DNA of 64,000 nt from Sedimentisphaerales bacterium (lineage in GTDB: Bacteria; Planctomycetota; Phycisphaerae; Sedimentisphaerales; Anaerobacaceae). Of this stretch, positions 26,769 through 35,203 are shown piece after piece. The translations under genes and the position numbers were made by a program. Location: positions 992,001-1,056,000 of the forward strand of contig JAXGYC010000007.1 of assembly GCA_040772485.1 (NCBI GenBank), read 5' to 3'. Each line of letters starts with the position of its first letter. The first letter of the stretch is position 1. Under the pieces are notes generated by a model. That model was given only the letters and a program-made list of their open reading frames with translations, was not told the origin of the DNA and did no database searches.

Positions 26769-28205
26769 ATGGCAAGAATCGAACTGCGTTTCCTGTCCAA
26801 AAGCAACATCCAGGCCATTCATGAGGCCAGTGTTGTCATTCTTCGCGATACCGGTGTAAAGGTTCATCACGAGACGGCTGTGCGGTTGTTGCGCGAAGCG
26901 GGCGCACGTGTCGATGACACCGGCAAGATCGCCCATCTGCCCGAGCAACTCATCATGGATTGCGTTACGCAGACGGGCAAGCAGTACGTGCTCCATGGGC
27001 GCGATCCGCAGCGCGCCGCGCGGTTCGGTCATGGCGACAGCGTGTGGATGTCCAGCCCCGGTCAGTACACGTGGATCGATTCGCGGAGCGGCCGGCGTCG
27101 TGGGGCCACACTCGGAGACGTTCGCGACGCCGTTCGGTTGGGCGATGCCCTGGACCACATCCACGTCGTGGGCGCGATGGGCCAGCCCGAAGAAATCCCC
27201 GAGACCTGGCGCGACGTCTTCCTGACGGGCGAACTGGTCAAGGGAACGACCAAACCCACGCGGTGCTGGGTGCGCAACGGCCGCACGGCGGGCGCCATTC
27301 TGGAGATCTACCGAACGATCGCGGGAGGCGAGCAGGCCCTGCGCGACAAGCCCATGGCCGAGGCGTTCCTCGAACCGATCAGCCCGCTCCAGTTGCCCGA
27401 GCATGGGCTCGAGATCGTCAAGGTGTTTGCGCAGGCCGGTCAGCCTGTGAGCATCGGCCCGATGGCGATGACTTCGGCGACTGCGCCCGGTACGCTCGCG
27501 GGCACGCTGGCGCAGGAGAACGCCGAAATCCTCGCCGGACTGGTGGTGACGCAGCTTTTCGCGCGGGGAACACCTGTCATGTACGGCGGCATCCCGCACA
27601 TCATGGACCCGCGAACGAGCATCTGCTCGTTCGGCTCGCCCGAGCAGGGATTGATGGCCGTAGCCATGGTGCAGATGGCCCGGTTCTACGGCCTTCCGGC
27701 ATACGTCAACGTGGGCCTGACGGACGCCAAAACGCTCGACGCACAGGCGGGAATCGAAAAAGCGTCGAGCATGCTGCTGGGGGTTCTGGCCGGCGCCGAC
27801 ACGTTCGGGCATTGCGGCATTTGCGGCACGGACCATGGGGCGAGCCTCGAATGGCTCTACGCCGACAACGAGCTGGCCGCCTATGTCCGGCGCATCGCGC
27901 GCGGCTTCGAGACCGACGCCGAAACGCTGGCAACCGAGGTCGTCCACCGCGTGGGACCCTGCGGCAACTTTCTGGCGGAGGAACACACGGTCCGGCACTT
28001 CCGCGACGAGCTCTGGTTACCCGGTCCGGCCTGGACGCGGCAGAGCTGGGACGGCTGGGAGACCGACGGATCCACATCCATGGCCCAACGCGCATCGGAA
28101 CGTGTCCGTACGATCCTGGCGGCGCATGAAGTTGAACCTCTGGATGGCAGACTCGCCGCTGAGATCGACCGGATCGTTCAGTGCGCGCAGCGGGAACCGG
28201 ATTGA
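26769..28205 (+). CDS. Trimethylamine methyltransferase (MttB) superfamily, non-pyrrolysine
   Basis: PISPL, TAPGTLAGTLAQENAEILAG, DAKTLDAQAGIEK, GNFLAEEHT; no in-frame TAG. Confidence 0.9.
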   Translation: MARIELRFLSKSNIQAIHEASVVILRDTGVKVHHETAVRLLREAGARVDDTGKIAHLPEQLIMDCVTQTGKQYVLHGRDPQRAARFGHGDSVWMSSPGQYTWIDSRSGRRRGATLGDVRDAVRLGDALDHIHVVGAMGQPEEIPETWRDVFLTGELVKGTTKPTRCWVRNGRTAGAILEIYRTIAGGEQALRDKPMAEAFLEPISPLQLPEHGLEIVKVFAQAGQPVSIGPMAMTSATAPGTLAGTLAQENAEILAGLVVTQLFARGTPVMYGGIPHIMDPRTSICSFGSPEQGLMAVAMVQMARFYGLPAYVNVGLTDAKTLDAQAGIEKASSMLLGVLAGADTFGHCGICGTDHGASLEWLYADNELAAYVRRIARGFETDAETLATEVVHRVGPCGNFLAEEHTVRHFRDELWLPGPAWTRQSWDGWETDGSTSMAQRASERVRTILAAHEVEPLDGRLAAEIDRIVQCAQREPD

Positions 28206-28266
28206 GTCTCTCCGGCGAGAGCGGATGCACAGACATCGAAACAAGACCATATCGGGAAATGCGAAG

Positions 28267-29637
28267 ATGAGAAATCAAGACGGCACATCGAAGAAAGATA
28301 TTTCACGCCGACTATTCATGAGTCACGCAGCCGTTGTGGCGGCATTCACCGTGGTGCCTCGGCACGTGCTGGGCGGACCACGCCGCATCGCACCCAGCGA
28401 GAAGCTCAATATCGCCGGCATCGGGGTCGGCGGACGCGGCGGCGACGACCTGCAAGGTGTCGAGAGCGAGAACATCGTTGCCCTGTGCGACGTGGACTGG
28501 CAGAGCGCGGCGGGAGCATTTCGACGCTATCCCAACGCCAGGAAGTACCGTGACTTTCGCGAGATGCTCGACAAGGAGGGCGACGGGATCGACGCGGTGG
28601 TCGTGGCCACGCCCGATCACGTTCACGCGGTCGCGTCGATGGCCGCGATCAAAAAGGGCAAGCACGTCTACTGTGAAAAACCTTTGACGCGGACGATCCA
28701 CGAGGCTCGTGCGCTGACGCTGGCGGCGCGCGAGGCAAAAGTGGCCACCCAGATGGGCAATCAGGGTATGGCCTTCGAGGGCAACCGGCTGATCAAGGAG
28801 TGGATTTGGGATGGCGCCATCGGAGATGTCCGCGAGGTTCACGTCTGGTCCGACCGGCCGACGCACCAGGGCAAGCTACCTTTGTGGTGGGCTCAGGGCA
28901 TCGAACGCCCGACCGACACGCCCGCCGTGCCGGATCACCTGGACTGGGACTTGTGGCTGGGCCCGGCGCCGTATCGCCCCTACCATCCGGCGTATGTCCC
29001 CTTCCGCTGGCGGGGCTGGTGGGATTTCGGCTCCGGCGGGCTGGGCGACATGGGCATCCACAACCTGGCGCCGGTCTTCAGCACGTTGAAGCTGGGCGCG
29101 CCGACCAGCGTCCACGCCAGCTCGACGGCCGTCTACGAAGAGACGTTGCCCCTGGCTTCGACGGTTCACTACGAGTTCCCGGCGCGGGGCAACATGCCAC
29201 CCGTGACGGTCCACTGGTACGACGGCGGACTGATCGCGGCCCGTCCGCCGGAACTCGAAGACAATCGCGAGCTGCCGCGCGAAGACGGGCTGATCTTCGT
29301 CGGCGACAGGGGCACGATGCTCGTGACCGGCTGGGGAGGCAACAGCCCGCGTCTGATCCCCGAGACGAAAATGAAAGCCTACGAGCAGCCGCCCAGGACG
29401 CTGCCCCGCTCGATCGGCCACTACGAGGAGTGGATCAAGGCCTGCAAGGAAGGAACGCCGACCGAATCGGCCTTCGATTTCGCCGGTCCCATGACCGAGG
29501 CGGTGCTGCTGGGCACGGTCTGTGTCCGCGCAGGTGGGCTCAAGCTCCTGTGGGACAGCGCGTCGATGAAGGTCACGAACCTGCCCGAGGCAAACCAGTA
29601 CGTACGCTGCACGTACCGCGAATCCTGGACGCTGTGA
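28267..29637 (+). CDS. Gfo/Idh/MocA oxidoreductase, Tat signal
   Basis: SRRLFM; GIGVGGRG; ATPDHVH; YCEKPL; GDMGIH. Confidence 0.9.
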   Translation: MRNQDGTSKKDISRRLFMSHAAVVAAFTVVPRHVLGGPRRIAPSEKLNIAGIGVGGRGGDDLQGVESENIVALCDVDWQSAAGAFRRYPNARKYRDFREMLDKEGDGIDAVVVATPDHVHAVASMAAIKKGKHVYCEKPLTRTIHEARALTLAAREAKVATQMGNQGMAFEGNRLIKEWIWDGAIGDVREVHVWSDRPTHQGKLPLWWAQGIERPTDTPAVPDHLDWDLWLGPAPYRPYHPAYVPFRWRGWWDFGSGGLGDMGIHNLAPVFSTLKLGAPTSVHASSTAVYEETLPLASTVHYEFPARGNMPPVTVHWYDGGLIAARPPELEDNRELPREDGLIFVGDRGTMLVTGWGGNSPRLIPETKMKAYEQPPRTLPRSIGHYEEWIKACKEGTPTESAFDFAGPMTEAVLLGTVCVRAGGLKLLWDSASMKVTNLPEANQYVRCTYRESWTL

Positions 29638-29679
29638 GAAAGCGCTTCCGCCGACGCGCCGGCAAATCCGGCCGGCGAC

Positions 29680-29707
29680 TTGACGAAACGTGCGATCGGG
29701 CTATCAT
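29680..29707 (+). promoter_or_regulatory. sigma70-type promoter for rpoN
   Basis: TTGACG-N16-TATCAT. Confidence 0.5.
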
Positions 29708-29761
29708 GGACGCGACGTGGCAACCTGAAGATCGATGCTTGGAGTGCGCAAAGGTGTTTGG

Positions 29762-31237
29762 ATGAAGCTGGAGATGACAGGACAGATGCGGATGGAGCAG
29801 CGGATGAAGCTCGCTCCGCACATGATCCAGTCGATGGAGATTCTTCAGCTTCCGATCCAGGCGCTGGCCGAACGCATCGAACAGGAACTCAACAGCAATC
29901 CCGTTCTCGAACTGGACGAGCCGTCCGAGCCCGAGGAGGGCGAGGTCGTGTCCGAGCCGTCCGGGGACGACACGTTGGCGGAGAAGGCCCTCGTTGTCGA
30001 CCCCGACAGCCCCAAGGCCGAGGATTTCGAGCGTCTGGAGAGCCTTGAGGATGACTTCAAGGATTTCATCAACCAGTCGGGGCCTTACCGCAGCCGGGCG
30101 GACGCCGATGAGCGAGACCGCAAGCTCGAAGCAATCAAGAACGCCGCGGCGCCGCCACAGTCGCTGCATGACTACCTCAACGACCAGTGGCGCCTCGTGG
30201 ATGCGGAAGAGCCGGTAAAGAAGGCCGGCCAGGCGATCATCGACTACATCGACGATCGGGGCTATCTCAGCATCCGCCTGGAGCAACTGCACAACAAGGA
30301 TCGCAGCGATTTCCAGCCCGACCATCTCAAGGAGGCCCTGCGTCTGGTGCAGCAACTCGACCCGCCAGGCGTGGGAGCACAAGACTTGAGGGAGTGCCTT
30401 CTGATCCAGATCGCTCAGAATGGGCAGGACATGGGCTGTGAGTACCGCCTGGTGGCCGACCACATGGACGACCTGCTCGAAAACCGTCTGCCGGACATCG
30501 CACGCAAGATGGGCCTGAGCATCGAGCAGGTCAACGAGGCCATCGAACGTCTGAGCAAGCTGGATACTTCGCCCGGCCTGCAGGTCGGGCGCAACGAGAG
30601 CATCCCGATCACGCCGGATGTGATCGTCGAATCGCCCAACGGTTCCGACGACTTCACCGTGCGTCTGGCCGAATCCGACCTGCGGGGCCTGAGGCTCAGC
30701 AACTACTATACGCGCATGGCCAAGGACACGCAGGTCAGCGACAAGACCCGCAAGTTTCTCCAGAACAACATCCGCTCGGCCCACTGGATCATCGAGGCGA
30801 TCGAGCAACGCAAGAACACGCTTCTGAAGGTCGCACAGGCCATTGTCAGAAACCAGCGGGATTTCTTCGAGAAAGGTCCGCTGCATCTGCGTCCGCTGCC
30901 CATGTCCAAGGTCGCCGAAGAGGTGGGCGTGCACCTGGCCACCGTCTCGCGAGCGGTTTCGGGCAAGTACATGCAGTGCGCGTGGGGTGTCCTTCCCCTT
31001 CGCAAGTTCTTCAGCGGAGGCACGGAGGACGAGAACGGCCAGGCCCACAGTTGGGAGGCCATCCGCGTCAAGCTCCAGCAGATCATCGACGAAGAGGACA
31101 AGACCAATCCGCTCAACGACGACCAGATCAAAGAGAAGCTGGCGGAAGCCGGCATCCCCAATCTGGCCCGGCGCACGGTCGCCAAATACCGCAAGCTGCT
31201 GAACATCCCCACCGCGCGGTTCCGCAAGCGGTATTGA
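29762..31237 (+). CDS. rpoN: RNA polymerase sigma-54 factor
   Basis: NPVLE, HLATVSRAVSGKY HTH, RpoN box ARRTVAKYR. Confidence 0.97.
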   Translation: MKLEMTGQMRMEQRMKLAPHMIQSMEILQLPIQALAERIEQELNSNPVLELDEPSEPEEGEVVSEPSGDDTLAEKALVVDPDSPKAEDFERLESLEDDFKDFINQSGPYRSRADADERDRKLEAIKNAAAPPQSLHDYLNDQWRLVDAEEPVKKAGQAIIDYIDDRGYLSIRLEQLHNKDRSDFQPDHLKEALRLVQQLDPPGVGAQDLRECLLIQIAQNGQDMGCEYRLVADHMDDLLENRLPDIARKMGLSIEQVNEAIERLSKLDTSPGLQVGRNESIPITPDVIVESPNGSDDFTVRLAESDLRGLRLSNYYTRMAKDTQVSDKTRKFLQNNIRSAHWIIEAIEQRKNTLLKVAQAIVRNQRDFFEKGPLHLRPLPMSKVAEEVGVHLATVSRAVSGKYMQCAWGVLPLRKFFSGGTEDENGQAHSWEAIRVKLQQIIDEEDKTNPLNDDQIKEKLAEAGIPNLARRTVAKYRKLLNIPTARFRKRY

Positions 31238-31314
31238 ACCCCGTCGTCAAATGGCCCTTGCCGACGACAAGTACCGTCCCCGCATTTGCAGCCGCCGCCG
31301 GACAGCGTTTGTGC

Positions 31315-31343
31315 TTGACCCCACTGGGCAACTCTGTTAGTGT
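31315..31343 (+). promoter_or_regulatory. sigma70-type promoter
   Basis: TTGACC-N17-TAGTGT with TG extension. Confidence 0.5.
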
Positions 31344-31461
31344 GCGCCGGCCGTTCGCAGGCGAGAGTCTTGCCATGTGGAGGCGTTGAAATGGTCGAGG
31401 GCCAGGAACACGGGCCGGACGACTCTGAAAATGGACTACCGATCGGAGAGCTTCTGCCGAC

Positions 31462-33654
31462 ATGAAGGATTTCGCTCGTCTGTTTGGATACATCTGGCCG
31501 CAATGGCCTCGCGTCGTGGCGGTTGTGGTCAGCGCCATGGTCATTGCCCTGCTGCTTTCCGTCAGTTTCATGGCGATCATTCCCCTTCTGACGGTCATGA
31601 TCGGCAACGAAGGCCTGCACGGATGGGCAGACCGCAAGACCTGCGAGACCGCGTATGGACTCGTGTCTGAGGCCACGGAACCGGGCGAAGGGGCCGAGCC
31701 CGCCCTCCCGAACCACCTGCGGGTGATCCGCGTCAGGGAGGGTGGACTGGCCGAGAAAGCAGGCATCCGCAAGGACGATCACATTGCGAACGTCGGTCCG
31801 TCCGTCACCCCTGTCTCCGAGGTGGAAACCTCGTACGCGCAGATGCTCGAAGAGCTGGCCAAGGCAACGGACCAGACGTTGCGCGTGACGTTGCTGCGGC
31901 GAGAAAACACCGACTGGACCCGCCTCGATGTCGAATTGGACACGCCTCGGAACCTGGCGGCGGTGGATGCTCAGAAATGGAACGCGTTTCGATATATCAA
32001 GTGGCGCGCGCAATTGGTGGGCCTGGCCGCCGCACGATGGGCGATCGGCTTTCTGCCTCGCGGACACGCGGCCGAGGACCGGGTTCGCGCTGTCGGCGCC
32101 ATCATGGCCGTGATGCTCTTGATCACGATCATCCGCTGCGTCGCCAAGTACTATCAGGACTATATCGGCCAGAAGATCGTGCAGAGCGCCATCAACGAGC
32201 TGAGGCAGGATGTCTTCGCCCGCCTGATGCACGTTCCGATCGGCATCTTCGCCATCGAGCGTCCCAGCGATACGATCAGCCGGATCATGCGGGACACGAA
32301 CACCATGACCTCGGCCATCAAGGTCATGCTCGGCAAGGCGCTGCGAGAGCCGATCAACGCGTTGTTCATGCTCGTGTTTGCCATGGCCCTGAACTGGAAA
32401 CTGTCGCTGGTGTTCCTCACGGCAGCCCCGTTAGTGCTCGTGCTGCTCGGATCGTTCGGACGCAAGATGAAGAAGGCGTCTCGGCGCTCGCTGGTCGCCG
32501 GCGCCGAGATGCTCTCCAAGCTTCAGGAAGCGGTAACCGGCCTGCGCGTGGTGAAGGTCTACAACCAGCAGGAGTACGAACAGAGACAATTCGGCAAAAT
32601 CAACGATCGCCTGCTCAAGCAACTGCTGGCGATGTCGAAGGTGGACGCCGCCACCCATCCGGTGCTGGAGGTGCTGGGAATGCTGGCGGGGGCAGGCGCC
32701 GTCATCGTCGGGATGGCCTGGTTCACGGGCGGCAGCCTGGACGGCACCGAGTTCATCGCGCTGTTGGCCTTGCTGGGCGGGGCCGCGGAGGCGGTGCGGA
32801 AGACCAGCGACATCTGGAACAAGATTCAACAGGCCAACGCCGCCGCCGAACGCGTCTTTGCCGTGCTGGACCATCCGACCGAACCGGAGAAGCCCAACGC
32901 CGCGGTCCTCCCGTCGGGTCAAGGCAACGTCGAGTTTCGCGACGTCGTATTCACGTATCCGGGAGCAGAGCGGACTACACTCAAGGGCGTCAATCTGACG
33001 GTGACAGCCGGCCATAACGTGGCCATCGTCGGGCCCAATGGATCGGGCAAGACCACGCTGGCCAACCTGCTGCCTCGCTTCTACGATCCGGATTCCGGCC
33101 ATATCCTCATCGGCGGCTACGACATCGCCGAAGTTACGTTGGATAGCCTGCGCCGCCAGATCGGCATGGTGACCCAGGAGGTTATCACCTTCAACGACAC
33201 GATCACCGTTAATATCGGCTACGGGCGTCAGGGCGCCACACAGGGGGAAATCGTCGAGGCCGCCAAGCGGGCATTCGCCCACGAGTTCATCAGCCAGTTG
33301 CCGCTCGGCTACGACACCGTCATCGGCGAACACGGCGTCGGGCTCAGCGGTGGACAGCTTCAGCGCATCGTGATCGCCAGGGCGATCCTGAAGAACCCGG
33401 CGATCCTGATCTTCGACGAGGCCACCAGTCAGGTAGATGCCGACAGCGAGACCAAGATCCACAAGGCGATTGAGGAGATCATGCACGGCCGAACCACGTT
33501 CATCATTGCGCACCGCTTCAGCACCGTGGTGGCCGCTGACGTCATTGTCGTGATGGACGGGGGCCGGATCGTCGCCCAAGGAAAGCACGAGCAGCTCATG
33601 CAGACCTGCTCGATCTACCAGGGCCTGTACGAGACGCAGTTGATCAAGGCTTGA
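31462..33654 (+). CDS. MsbA-like ABC exporter (TMD+NBD) with PDZ-like insertion
   Basis: GPNGSGKTT, LSGGQLQR, LIFDEATS, IAHR; insert VIRVREGGLAEKAGIRKDDHI after TM1. Confidence 0.9.
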   Translation: MKDFARLFGYIWPQWPRVVAVVVSAMVIALLLSVSFMAIIPLLTVMIGNEGLHGWADRKTCETAYGLVSEATEPGEGAEPALPNHLRVIRVREGGLAEKAGIRKDDHIANVGPSVTPVSEVETSYAQMLEELAKATDQTLRVTLLRRENTDWTRLDVELDTPRNLAAVDAQKWNAFRYIKWRAQLVGLAAARWAIGFLPRGHAAEDRVRAVGAIMAVMLLITIIRCVAKYYQDYIGQKIVQSAINELRQDVFARLMHVPIGIFAIERPSDTISRIMRDTNTMTSAIKVMLGKALREPINALFMLVFAMALNWKLSLVFLTAAPLVLVLLGSFGRKMKKASRRSLVAGAEMLSKLQEAVTGLRVVKVYNQQEYEQRQFGKINDRLLKQLLAMSKVDAATHPVLEVLGMLAGAGAVIVGMAWFTGGSLDGTEFIALLALLGGAAEAVRKTSDIWNKIQQANAAAERVFAVLDHPTEPEKPNAAVLPSGQGNVEFRDVVFTYPGAERTTLKGVNLTVTAGHNVAIVGPNGSGKTTLANLLPRFYDPDSGHILIGGYDIAEVTLDSLRRQIGMVTQEVITFNDTITVNIGYGRQGATQGEIVEAAKRAFAHEFISQLPLGYDTVIGEHGVGLSGGQLQRIVIARAILKNPAILIFDEATSQVDADSETKIHKAIEEIMHGRTTFIIAHRFSTVVAADVIVVMDGGRIVAQGKHEQLMQTCSIYQGLYETQLIKA

Positions 33655-33663
33655 GGCTTCGTC

Positions 33664-34632
33664 ATGAGCGCGATGTCACGAATCGACAGAGAGAAGAAAG
33701 CGCACGAACTGTTCACGCGCTTCGACGGCAACCCGATCCTCAAGGCTGAAGACTGGCCTTACGCCGCCAACGCGGTCTTCAACCCCGGCGCCGCCCGGCT
33801 GGACGGCCAGACGCTGCTGCTGGTGCGCGTCGAAGACATGCGAGGGTTTTCTCATCTGACGGTCGCTCGCAGCCCCAACGGCCTGACCGACTGGACCGTG
33901 GACCCCGAGCCGACGCTGACCGCCGACCCAACCACCCACGAGGAACGGTGGGGCCTGGAAGACCCGCGCATCGTCTGGCTCCAGGAGCAGAAGCAGTTCG
34001 CGGTCACGTACGTGTCTTTCAGCGAGGGCGGACCGATCGTCTCGCTGGCCATCACCAAGAACTTCCGCACGTTTGCCCGTCTGGGCGGCCTGCTGCCTCC
34101 GGAAGACAAGGACGCGTGCCTGTTCCCCCGTCGGTTTGACGGGCGGTTCGCGTTGATTCACCGCCCCATCGTGCGGGGCGAAGCGCATATCTGGATCAGC
34201 TTCTCGCCGGACCTGAAGCACTGGGGCGATCACCAGCTCCTGATCCCGACCCGCGCCGCCTACTGGGACTGTCACCGAGTCGGCCTCGCTTGCCAGCCGA
34301 TCGAGACACCGGAGGGGTGGCTGGTCTTCTACCACGGCGTACGCAGCACCACCGCCGGGCAGATCTATCGTACCGGCTTGGCCCTGCTGGACCTGCAACG
34401 GCCCTGGATACTCCTGCGCCGAAGCGATGAGTGGATTCTGGGCCCGCACGCCCACTACGAGCGCGTCGGCGACGTCGGCGACGTTGTGTTCCCCACGGGC
34501 GCCACGGTCGACAAGGACACCGATGAGCTGCGCCTGTACTATGGGGCCGCCGACTGCACCGTGGCCGTCGCGACCGCCAGGATGACCGACGTGCTCGACT
34601 ACATCATGGCCAGTCCCGAAGTCGACCACTGA
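33664..34632 (+). CDS. GH130-family glycosidase/mannoside phosphorylase
   Basis: GNPIL, VFNPGA, GLEDPRI, DKDACLFP, YHGV, VVFPTG, YYGAAD. Confidence 0.9.
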   Translation: MSAMSRIDREKKAHELFTRFDGNPILKAEDWPYAANAVFNPGAARLDGQTLLLVRVEDMRGFSHLTVARSPNGLTDWTVDPEPTLTADPTTHEERWGLEDPRIVWLQEQKQFAVTYVSFSEGGPIVSLAITKNFRTFARLGGLLPPEDKDACLFPRRFDGRFALIHRPIVRGEAHIWISFSPDLKHWGDHQLLIPTRAAYWDCHRVGLACQPIETPEGWLVFYHGVRSTTAGQIYRTGLALLDLQRPWILLRRSDEWILGPHAHYERVGDVGDVVFPTGATVDKDTDELRLYYGAADCTVAVATARMTDVLDYIMASPEVDH

Positions 34633-34739
34633 CCGCCTGCCAACGGCGGATGGGGGAGAACAAGACAGACCGTCTCTGCGCTTCGGCCCCGTGCATCCAG
34701 ATGTGGATAGAGGCCGCAGAATTTCCTGGCGTTTTGTGG

Positions 34740-34768
34740 TTGACGGCAGTCGGCAGGCTCGCTAATCT
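34740..34768 (+). promoter_or_regulatory. sigma70-type promoter for the riboswitch/nrdD operon
   Basis: TTGACG-N17-TAATCT ending just before the riboswitch P1 arm. Confidence 0.6.
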
Positions 34769-34776
34769 CGGATTCC

Positions 34777-34966
34777 GTTGTTGGTGTGTCCCGAAGGTGG
34801 GGACACCGAAAAGAGGGAATCCGGTGCGAATCCGGAACTGTCGCGCAGCGGTAAGTGGGAACGACCGCCATCATTGAGCACTGCCCGAACGGGTGGGAAG
34901 CGATGGCCGGTAGGAACGCAGAGCCTGGCTCTGACATGCCCGCAAGTCCGAAGACCTGCCAGCAAC
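34777..34966 (+). promoter_or_regulatory. Cobalamin riboswitch
   Basis: AGGGAAtccGGTGcgAAtccGG, CTGtcgCGCAgCGGTAA, ACTG..GGGAAG, B12 box AAGTCCGAAGACCTGCC; P1 gttgttgg/ccagcaac. Confidence 0.95.
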
Positions 34967-35203
34967 CCACACGGCTCGTGTGGACGACGGCAATGTCGCT
35001 TTCGCGTTGAAAGGCAATTGCTCGTGCGGCCGCCGGCGGGGAAAGGTCTTCTCCTCTCGGCGTCCGACGGCCCGTATCCTGCCTTGTCTTCCGCGGCCAA
35101 TTGCCTCAATCGGGTACTCGGTGCGCGTGCACCCGCCGATCCGTAGTCACTGGTCCAATGAAAAAGGACGCGCCAGTCCATCATCTCAGCAAGGAGTGCT
35201 GTC

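Noticed and set aside
26769..28205. Pyrrolysine recoding in MttB
   Set aside because: No in-frame amber codon; Lys at the equivalent position
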